Shown here piece by piece: positions 57,652-64,000 of a stretch of 64,000 bases of DNA. Source of the DNA: a virus. The position numbers were made by a program, and so were the translations under genes. The stretch is taken from IMG/VR virus record IMGVR_UViG_3300045988_126281, one strand, 5' to 3'. Every line of letters starts with the position of its first letter. Position 1 is the first letter of the stretch. The notes below the pieces were generated by a model, which was not told the DNA's origin, did not search any database, and saw only the letters and a program-made list of their open reading frames with translations.

Positions 57652-58068
57652 TTAAAGATGTTTAAGATTATAAAGAAGAGCTTCAGTAATTTTATTTGTA
57701 GGTGTCATACCAAGACTTGCAGAAATAGCTATTGCAGCAGCTGAACAGCCTCTATTAACACAATCATCAAAAATTTCATTAGCAATTTTTTGAACTCGAA
57801 CAGAATCTAATTCAAATTTGTCCCAATATTCTTCTTTATAAATATCTTTGATACAAGCGGTAAGCCAATTATTAGCCTTAAGTCTTTTATTAATCCCAAT
57901 AAGACCATTAGTTCTTTTATCTTCATCTATAACTTTCCAAATTCTTGATTTAGGGTGTGCTCTTCGACTAATACCCATATATGTTTCTCCACCAGCATCA
58001 TTAGGGTCATTCACATATCCTCCTTCATGAAAGATAGTTCTTTGAAAGGCAATGTCAAAATTAGCCAT
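57652..58068 (-). CDS. GH108-family lysozyme (endolysin catalytic domain), 138 aa
   Basis: N-terminus MANFDIAFQRTIFHEGGYVNDPNDAGGETYMGI matches the GH108 signature (EGGYVNDPxDxGGxTxxGI). Confidence 0.7.
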   Translation of the reverse strand: MANFDIAFQRTIFHEGGYVNDPNDAGGETYMGISRRAHPKSRIWKVIDEDKRTNGLIGINKRLKANNWLTACIKDIYKEEYWDKFELDSVRVQKIANEIFDDCVNRGCSAAAIAISASLGMTPTNKITEALLYNLKHL

Positions 58069-58074
58069 AACTCA

Positions 58075-58356
58075 TTAACAAATAAACCAATCATTTGCAA
58101 GAATATCACTATTAGAAGGATTCCAATGCTCTACACAAGGAACATTATCTTCATTAATCCAACAAGAAGAAATAATAGCATTTCCTTTAACGCTACCGTA
58201 ATGCTCAGCAATCTTTTTAAGATTAGGGTCAAAACATTTATCAGAAGTAATTAAAAATTCTGGTTTAATCCAAAGAAATTTACCAGTTCCGTTCCAAGCT
58301 TTCCTAGAAACTTGTTCTCCAGCTTTAAGCTTATAAAGTGCTTCACTAAAATCCAT
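58075..58356 (-). CDS. DUF2829-like small phage protein (93 aa)
   Basis: N-terminus MDFSEALYKLKAGEQVSRKAWNG fits the ALxxLKxGxKVxRxxWNG pattern of DUF2829. Function unknown. Confidence 0.35.
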   Translation of the reverse strand: MDFSEALYKLKAGEQVSRKAWNGTGKFLWIKPEFLITSDKCFDPNLKKIAEHYGSVKGNAIISSCWINEDNVPCVEHWNPSNSDILANDWFIC

Positions 58357-58365
58357 AATTTTATT

Positions 58366-58734
58366 TTAATTGTTTAATGTACGTTTAATCCAACCTTTAT
58401 AATATTTCATTTGAGAAGGTTTCTTATCAACAATATCAGTATATTTTCTGATACGTTCAAGTTTATATTTATAATAAAAAGTATTAGCTTTAGCATCTTT
58501 AATTGAATCTATATAAAGTTTTATTTTTTCATCTCTTTTAGCAAGTTCAACTTCATATAAATCTATACAATCTTGTTTAATACTTAACTGCCTGTAAAGG
58601 GAATCAATAACTTTTGTAGTACTATCTTGATAATTTCTATTAACTTTATCAGCATCAATTACAATAGTTTCAATTCTTCTTCCACAACTTATAAGAAGAA
58701 AACTGAAAATTAATAAAATTTGTAATTTTTTCAT
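58366..58734 (-). CDS. Lipoprotein (122 aa), o-spanin-like
   Basis: Signal peptide with lipobox (MKKLQILLIFSFLLISC). Adjacent to the lysis genes. Confidence 0.45.
   Translation of the reverse strand: MKKLQILLIFSFLLISCGRRIETIVIDADKVNRNYQDSTTKVIDSLYRQLSIKQDCIDLYEVELAKRDEKIKLYIDSIKDAKANTFYYKYKLERIRKYTDIVDKKPSQMKYYKGWIKRTLNN
58588..58600 (+). repeat. 17-nt motif copy (CTGCCTGTAAAGGGAATC) in the lipoprotein gene
   Basis: Encodes DSLYRQL. Confidence 0.75.
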
Positions 58735-58736
58735 AT

Positions 58737-59735
58737 TTAATCAAAAAGACTTTTAGAAGAAACACGAGTAGCTTGAACTTCTTTATAACGGTCAAGAAGT
58801 ATTCTTTTAACTTCATTATTAAGATAATTCATTTTATAAAATGTAGTTTTAGGAACAGGATTATTTTTAATATGATAAAGTCCATCAGGAAATCTTTTAG
58901 GCATATTATATTTATTAAGAACAAAATCAGAATCAATATGACAAAGCCATAAGCCTTTACAAGGTATTCCAAGAATAAATTCAACCATATAAGCATACAT
59001 ACTTAATTGAAGATTATAAACGCTTCCATTACAATCTGGAAGATTATTTACAGGAGCAAGAAGAGTATCGTTTTTTCTAACCCATTCGTTTGTTTCTTGA
59101 GCAGGTTTAGTACTTTTATCTTTTTTATAGTACCCAGATTCAAATTTAAGCCCTCCCCTATTTGTTTTCCAATCTCCAATAACAAAACCATCATCTCTTA
59201 TACAAAGAATATCAATAGTTCCTGAAATAAGATAATCAATAAGAAAAGCACCTATTTCTGAATAAATTTTATATCCTTTAGAAATATAAAAATCAAATAC
59301 ATTATAAATTTGAGGATATTGATTATTAGTAATAAATTTAAATTCTTCAATATCGAGTTCTTTAACTTTTATATCAATATTAGGAAGGTCTGCAACAGTT
59401 ATCATTTGACCATTAGGAAGCCTCATATATTTGATTGCTTCTCTAAACATTGAACTGCCCTTAACCCCATCTTCAAGTCCATTATGAGTTTTAGTACCAC
59501 GAGCACAAGCTTCATCTTTAATAGCATCCCATTGAGCCTCAATTCTTTTTTCAGACATACCAAGTTCTTTAGCTTTACGTTTAAGCCAATAATCTTTATC
59601 AAACTTGTTATGATAACTACCTAAAAGTGTAGTAACAGATTTATAATCATTTCCTAAAGTATCATTATATTTATGCGGCCCTTCATCAAAAACAAGTCTA
59701 ACATCTTGGTATCGAGTATCTCTAAGAGTTAACAT
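58737..59735 (-). CDS. PD-(D/E)xK nuclease, YqaJ/lambda-exonuclease-like (332 aa)
   Basis: Contains ...HKY...SVTTLLG, ...ARGTKTHNGLEDG... and ...GTIDILCIRDDGFVIGDWKT... (D...D.K catalytic arrangement). Confidence 0.5.
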   Translation of the reverse strand: MLTLRDTRYQDVRLVFDEGPHKYNDTLGNDYKSVTTLLGSYHNKFDKDYWLKRKAKELGMSEKRIEAQWDAIKDEACARGTKTHNGLEDGVKGSSMFREAIKYMRLPNGQMITVADLPNIDIKVKELDIEEFKFITNNQYPQIYNVFDFYISKGYKIYSEIGAFLIDYLISGTIDILCIRDDGFVIGDWKTNRGGLKFESGYYKKDKSTKPAQETNEWVRKNDTLLAPVNNLPDCNGSVYNLQLSMYAYMVEFILGIPCKGLWLCHIDSDFVLNKYNMPKRFPDGLYHIKNNPVPKTTFYKMNYLNNEVKRILLDRYKEVQATRVSSKSLFD

Positions 59736-59747
59736 TGTAACTTTATG

Positions 59748-60374
59748 TTAAATTTCCTCATCAGCATCCATTGAAGAAGTAATAGATTTACCACCTCTTG
59801 CAATCTGTTCTTCTTCTTCATTACGAAGATTTTCATAAGCTTCTTTAATAGCTTTAGTAAGATTAGGAATTTCTACAATCCTTTTATTAACAGCATCAAT
59901 AAGATTAAGTATAGTAATGATGTCTTCTGTTGTTATAGCCCCATTAAGTTTTTTGTTAAGTTCTTCATTAATTCTATTAGCAGCAATAGAAGAAATATGT
60001 ACAGATTTTTGAAGAGTTTCAAGAGCAACACCAGCTTCAGTTATATTTTGTTTATAATACTTATCGATAAGTTTTAAAACAAGACTGTCAGGTGTATAAT
60101 TTTCTTCAAGATTAAAATTTTCTATTGCTTCTTTAAGGCATTCATTATCACTACACCCTTTTTGTCTACAAGGACTTTTTGGGTCTCCAAGATAATAAAT
60201 AACTCCGCATTCAGCAATATATCTTTTTTTATCTTGAGTTTTATCTCTGCTATAAAGAGCTAAAACATCTTTATCAAGTAGTTGTCGTGGATTAGGAGCA
60301 CAAGGCATTCCTGATTCATCAACACTAATAATTTTATCAATATTTACTTTAAACTTCATAATAATCTTCGTCAC
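59748..60374 (-). CDS. Hypothetical protein (208 aa)
   Basis: ORF upstream of the nuclease. A partner recombinase role is possible but unsupported. Confidence 0.3.
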   Translation of the reverse strand: MTKIIMKFKVNIDKIISVDESGMPCAPNPRQLLDKDVLALYSRDKTQDKKRYIAECGVIYYLGDPKSPCRQKGCSDNECLKEAIENFNLEENYTPDSLVLKLIDKYYKQNITEAGVALETLQKSVHISSIAANRINEELNKKLNGAITTEDIITILNLIDAVNKRIVEIPNLTKAIKEAYENLRNEEEEQIARGGKSITSSMDADEEI

Positions 60375-60903
60375 TTAATGCTTGATAAGCATCTTCAACA
60401 TCTTGCTCGAAAGGAACATAATCTAACATAGACCAAGCAAATAACCAAGTTTCAGCATAAACTTTACCAAATCTTGTAAGTAACTTTTCATATTTAGATT
60501 TTTGTTCAATTCTAACTTTACGCATATAAGTAAGATATTGTCGTTTAATTCTAACTCGTTCAGCACATTCTTCTTTAAGTTCTCGATAGAATTGTTTAAA
60601 ATCTTCACGAGTCATATGATGACGACTAAGAGCAATAAGTTTTCTTTCCGATTTAAGTTCAACAGCAACTTCATTCTTTCCAAGCATACCTATGTATGGA
60701 ATTGCAACAACTTTATTATTTTTAATTCCATCATAGATGCACTCTTCAAGATTTTTAATAATATCTGACATAATTTTATTATCTTCTTCAGTAGGAAGAT
60801 TAAGAGCAAGAACTACATCTTTATAATTCCATTTTTTAATTAAGCCAGAATCTATATCTTCATATGAATCAGAAATATCTTGATTAATTAAAGGCTCTTC
60901 CAT
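60349..60903 (-). CDS. Hypothetical protein (184 aa)
   Basis: ORF with no recognisable motif. Confidence 0.3.
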   Translation of the reverse strand: MEEPLINQDISDSYEDIDSGLIKKWNYKDVVLALNLPTEEDNKIMSDIIKNLEECIYDGIKNNKVVAIPYIGMLGKNEVAVELKSERKLIALSRHHMTREDFKQFYRELKEECAERVRIKRQYLTYMRKVRIEQKSKYEKLLTRFGKVYAETWLFAWSMLDYVPFEQDVEDAYQALSDEDYYEV

Positions 60904-61405
60904 TTAATTGAACTTTAAAAGGGTCTTCAAGTTGGTATCCAATTTTAAAAGCTCCTTTAATAGCACTTTCAGGAATAATTTTAAATTCAAGTCCAATAGC
61001 ATCAAAAGAAATTTCACGAGTAGCACATTTTTTTGCTAATTCTGAATCAGAATTAATAAAATCAATTATACGACTAACATTAGCTTTAGTATTAATTGGA
61101 CAATGAGTTGCAAGTTCAATATCACTTTTATTAATAACAAGACCATCTCCTACTTTAAATTCTTCTTTAAAAGTTTCAGTGTACTTTGCAAGAATAGGAA
61201 TAACTTTAATAGTTTGTGGTTTAGAATTTTTACCTAAAAAAGCAAGGTCAAAAGAAGTTGTTTGATATGCTAATGCAACAATACAATAATACTTTGGAAG
61301 TTTAATATCTTTTGTAAGATTCTCAAGAACTTTTGGAGTAATCTCATCAAGACTTTCAGGTACAGCTATTGCAAAATTAGCTTTGTTATTTACAAGATTG
61401 TACAT
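60884..61405 (-). CDS. Hypothetical protein (173 aa)
   Basis: ORF with no recognisable motif. Confidence 0.3.
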   Translation of the reverse strand: MYNLVNNKANFAIAVPESLDEITPKVLENLTKDIKLPKYYCIVALAYQTTSFDLAFLGKNSKPQTIKVIPILAKYTETFKEEFKVGDGLVINKSDIELATHCPINTKANVSRIIDFINSDSELAKKCATREISFDAIGLEFKIIPESAIKGAFKIGYQLEDPFKVQLNGRAFN

Positions 61406-61480
61406 AATATTTTAATGTTTTGGTTTAATCATTTTTCTTGGGTCTACAATAGAACCACCTTCTTTAAGTGTTTTCATAAT

Positions 61481-61957
61481 TTAAATATTAATTCCAGCAG
61501 AAGTAATTTCTGGATTAAGTTCTATAACAACAAATTTAGCATCTGCTAAACTAACGTTAGAAATAAAATTATATTTATCAATAACTTTAATAGTTCCATT
61601 AGGAATACATCTTATTATATGTCTATCTAATAAACAATTAATAGCTCTATAATAAGTTGTTTTAGATTTACCATAAAAGTTTACAGCAGCTTTAACAATC
61701 TCATCTTGAACCATTTGTTTATTATTATAAACACACCAATAAATAGCAGTAAGGCATTCTCTTTCAGCTTTAGGAAGTTCAAGGGTACAAGTGAATATTT
61801 TACAAAGATTAAGAAATTTAATATCTATATCACTATTCCCTTTAGATTTAGTATTATCACAAACAAACTTAACTATTTCTTCATCTTGAACAAAATGTGA
61901 AGATTCAAAATCAGTATAAGTTTTATGACCAGTTCTATCATCAACATTAAGATTCAT
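61481..61957 (-). CDS. Hypothetical protein (158 aa), first gene of the minus-strand block
   Basis: ORF whose start faces the divergent intergenic region at 61958-62093. Confidence 0.3.
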   Translation of the reverse strand: MNLNVDDRTGHKTYTDFESSHFVQDEEIVKFVCDNTKSKGNSDIDIKFLNLCKIFTCTLELPKAERECLTAIYWCVYNNKQMVQDEIVKAAVNFYGKSKTTYYRAINCLLDRHIIRCIPNGTIKVIDKYNFISNVSLADAKFVVIELNPEITSAGINI

Positions 61958-62042
61958 TATATCATAACTTTTACAATTTCTGCAACTAATATACGCATTT
62001 TTTGTAAAAATTCAAATAATGTTTATATTAGTCTTAGTAATC

Positions 62043-62055
62043 CTGCCTGTAAAGG
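62043..62055 (+). repeat. 17-nt motif copy (CTGCCTGTAAAGGAATT) in the divergent intergenic region
   Basis: Non-coding. Lies between the minus-strand block start (61957) and the plus-strand gene start (~62094). Confidence 0.8.
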
Positions 62056-62093
62056 AATTGTTATATTTAATGATATTATTATACCTTATGATA

Positions 62094-62740
62094 TGATTAA
62101 TAAAACTGAAATAAAATTTACTGCCTTTAGTATTACTTCTGTTCGTGCTGAACAAAAATCAGAAGATAATAATGCAACTCCTAAATTTAGAATTAATACT
62201 GATAAAAAAGGACAAATGTATTTTAGAGTTAAGCAAGAAGAATTTAATCGTCTTGAAAGACTTAGACAAAGTATTGCTTGTACTCCTTTTGAAGTTAAAG
62301 ATAAATATCCAAGTTCAATGCCTGTTGATACTGTTATTAATGATGGAATTTATTGTTTAATTGAGCCTTATAAATTATTTGAAATAGCTGACAGACTTCC
62401 AAAGAATTGTTTTAAATATTTTCTTATTCTTTGTAAAGAACTTCTTCCTGATACAAATATTATTACTTTAGTTGGAACAGAAGTTGCTAAAAAATATGGT
62501 TTTGATGTTAGTCATATTCAAAACTATAATGCTATTCTTTGTGATTTGCAAATTATAGTTAGAACTGATGTTCAAAGTACTTTTGTAATTAATCATAATA
62601 TTATTTATAAAGGTGACCTTAATAAATTTTCTAAAAACTATAAAGAAATTTATAATGATTCTGTTCCAGAACGTATTAATTATACAAAGATAAAACTTAG
62701 TAATAAAAAAGCTTATGTTAACAAGAATAAAACGGATTAA
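62094..62740 (+). CDS. Hypothetical plus-strand protein (~215 aa; start trimmed to MINKTEIKF)
   Basis: The ORF-track start at 61925 would run through the divergent promoter region and overlap 61481-61957. The internal ATG at 62094 is more plausible. Confidence 0.35.
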
Positions 62741-62975
62741 ATTTGCCGATGAAGAACAATATGTTATTGAATATTGCATCGATGCTAATGAATGGAATTT
62801 TATCATTAATGAAGATAATGATTTTCCTAAATATTTTAATAATGTTGAAATAGCTGAAGATTATGCACAACAGTTTGAACAATATCATTTTCTTACTAGT
62901 TATGTTAATAATACAGGTAGATATAATGCTAATATTGAAGAAGAAATTAAAATGATTGAACAAGTAAAATTATGA
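62715..62975 (+). CDS. Small hypothetical protein (86 aa)
   Basis: Plus-strand ORF with a small overlap to the previous gene. Confidence 0.3.
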   Translation: MLTRIKRIKFADEEQYVIEYCIDANEWNFIINEDNDFPKYFNNVEIAEDYAQQFEQYHFLTSYVNNTGRYNANIEEEIKMIEQVKL

Positions 62976-63214
62976 AAGAATTTTATAAGCATTCAAAAAA
63001 TTATCGTTGGAGTATCAGTCATATTCATACAAAATGTGCTAATTATAAAGACGATTATAAAAAAGTTTTATTTAAACCTGGTTTTCGTTGTCATAAATTT
63101 ATTTTAGATAAAAGTATTGCTTTTTATTTTAATATCCATTATAAAAATTATATTAGTAGTTATATATTAACTGTGCCATATATAATAAAAAGAATTAATT
63201 CTAACTGTGCTTAA
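62972..63214 (+). CDS. Small hypothetical protein (80 aa), Cys/His-containing
   Basis: Plus-strand ORF overlapping the previous stop by 4 nt. Confidence 0.3.
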   Translation: MKEFYKHSKNYRWSISHIHTKCANYKDDYKKVLFKPGFRCHKFILDKSIAFYFNIHYKNYISSYILTVPYIIKRINSNCA

Positions 63215-63460
63215 CCTCATAATTGTAATAAATATACTATAACACATTCAAGTCGTCTTAGTCGTGATGATTAAGGCGGCTTTTATTATGCTTATGAATA
63301 TATAAAAATAAAATTATTAAAATTATAAAATTTAGTTTATAATAGTCTTAATGAAGATTATAACAAACTTCTGATTATCTTTCATTAGAAAAGATTAATC
63401 TTGTTATAGATGGTTCTGATTAGTGCGCTTGCCCTTGTTCAGTAGCAGATTATTACAACC

Positions 63461-63473
63461 CTGCCCGTAGAGG
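63461..63473 (+). repeat. 17-nt motif copy (CTGCCCGTAGAGGAATG), 5' arm of a long-range inverted pair
   Basis: Non-coding. Pairs with 63569-63581 across 88 nt. Confidence 0.8.
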
Positions 63474-63568
63474 AATGAGCTATTGCAATTCCAATTGTTG
63501 CTTATGGTAAGATTCATAATGATATTTGTTGTAATCATTATCTTATTAGTGGGCAAGATGATGCCATT

Positions 63569-63581
63569 CCTTTACAGGCAG
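63569..63581 (-). repeat. 17-nt motif copy (minus-sense CTGCCTGTAAAGGAATG), 3' arm of the long-range inverted pair
   Basis: Pairs with the C/G variant at 63461 in 15 of 17 positions, with one G.U wobble and one C.A mismatch. Confidence 0.8.
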
Positions 63582-63768
63582 TTGAATCCAATGATACTTA
63601 GTGTGCCTTTGAACCTAATGTTATTAAATATGTTAATGATTTTGTTTGATATAATACTGGTATATCTATAAGATATAATACTGTCATATAGTTAAGTGAT
63701 TGATTATTAATATATTAGAAAATCATAACTATGAGCTGGAGTTCACAATTATGAATTTTTTAGTGTCG

Positions 63769-63803
63769 TTGTGTGAACTATATCCGACAAATTACTATTT
63801 TTG
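63769..63803 (+). promoter_or_regulatory. Bacteroidota sigma-A-type promoter candidate (-7 box TATTTTTG) with overlapping operator-like inverted repeat
   Basis: TATTTTTG at 63796-63803 matches TAnnTTTG, 32 nt before the ATG at 63836. TTG lies ~24 nt upstream. Inverted repeat agttcaca (63740-63747) / tgtgaact (63772-63779) flanks the -33 region. Confidence 0.4.
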
Positions 63804-63835
63804 TGAAGTATGATTCATTCTTTAATAATTTAATT

Positions 63836-64000
63836 ATGGAGTTTAAGTTTAATAAAAGAGTACTTAAAGGTTATGGTATTAAAGTTAGTGCTAAAGCGGT
63901 TAAAGAAGCATCTAAAATAATGCCTACAACTTTTAATTTAGATTATGATTCTGCTACTAAATCTTGTTTTGATGAAGTTGTTAATGGCTATATGATTAGT
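63836..64000 (+). CDS. Hypothetical protein, 5' part only (runs off the window)
   Basis: ATG at 63836 preceded by a TAnnTTTG-type -7 box. Translation MEFKFNKRVLKGYGIKVSAKAVKEASK... is open to the window end. Confidence 0.4.
   Translation, partial: MEFKFNKRVLKGYGIKVSAKAVKEASKIMPTTFNLDYDSATKSCFDEVVNGYMIS

Larger units (their letters stand above)
63459..63584. ncRNA. Candidate structured RNA element delimited by inverted 17-nt motif copies
   Basis: 17-bp terminal stem. Internal hairpins ggaatg...caattcc and ataatgat-(10 nt)-atcattat. A further pairing cttgccc (63430-63436) / gggcaag (63550-63556) interleaves with the main stem in a pseudoknot-like arrangement. Lies in a 620-nt ORF-free region. 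Confidence 0.25.

Noticed and set aside
61925-62093. Upstream extension of the plus-strand ORF 61925-62740
   Set aside because: It would run through the divergent intergenic region and overlap the start of the minus-strand gene 61481-61957. The first plausible start is the ATG at 62094.
3405-63581. CRISPR array or CRISPR-repeat mimic as the explanation for the repeated GC-rich motif
   Set aside because: Copies are 0.25-10 kb apart, irregular, in both orientations and mostly inside genes. No regular repeat-spacer periodicity exists, and the unit is only ~17 nt.
273-63671. The many 60-280-aa plus-strand ORFs in the six-frame track that overlap the long minus-strand genes (for example 1102-1545, 5431-6078, 9334-9912, 46478-47377, 49465-50301, 55772-56230)
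   Set aside because: They lie antisense to long, well-supported genes in an AT-rich genome. Their products are low-complexity (F/I/N/K/S-rich) with no start context or motifs. These are antisense artefacts.
63483-63671. 62-aa plus-strand ORF inside the 620-nt non-coding region
   Set aside because: Hydrophobic low-complexity product. It sits inside the predicted structured element, with no ribosome-binding context. The region is better explained as non-coding.
63215-63835. Possible tRNA gene(s) in the large intergenic region (crAss-like phages often carry tRNAs)
   Set aside because: I looked for T-loop-like strings (GTTCRANYC) with flanking 5-bp stems and a 7-bp acceptor pairing around ttgaatcc and gttcagtag. 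I could not build a cloverleaf. tRNAscan-SE should be run to be certain.

Overview
The window is AT-rich and looks like part of a crAss-like (Crassvirales-type) podophage genome, probably infecting Bacteroidota. I base this on the gene content and order, which I could not check by homology search. About 37 collinear genes lie on the minus strand from ~62 kb down to 0.3 kb. At 62-58 kb is a small-gene/recombination block (PD-(D/E)xK nuclease). At 58-57 kb is a lysis-like cassette (GH108 lysozyme, membrane proteins, lipoprotein). At 57-49 kb is the packaging/head module (terminase-like 745 aa, portal-like 805 aa, acidic scaffold-like protein, 490-aa major-capsid candidate). At 45-39.6 kb is an array of four fibre-like genes sharing BACON-like half-domain modules, one with five PEGA-like repeats. 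At 39.6-35.7 kb is a complete diversity-generating retroelement: target fibre gene with a C-terminal variable repeat, intergenic template repeat, and reverse transcriptase. At 32-0.3 kb is a block of giant virion/ejection proteins (1398, 1072, 905, 2235 aa) ending with an uninterrupted 4708-aa ORF that carries an RNA-polymerase-like DFDID motif. At ~62 kb the coding strand switches; short plus-strand genes (putative early genes) follow, then a 620-nt structured non-coding region. I found no rRNA, tRNA or CRISPR array. Findings, roughly most to least interesting: (1) the DGR, whose template/variable repeat mismatches are all at adenines; (2) a 17-nt GC-rich motif CTGCCYGTARAGGAATY in 16 copies, both orientations and several reading frames inside genes, with strict C/G versus T/A covariation and two inverted pairs forming intergenic hairpins; (3) a conserved ~45-nt element (AGAGCCTAAAATTGATTCAAAATCTRCAATAATTTTT) upstream of five minus-strand transcription units, a candidate phage late promoter; (4) BACON-like domain halves split across adjacent fibre genes.
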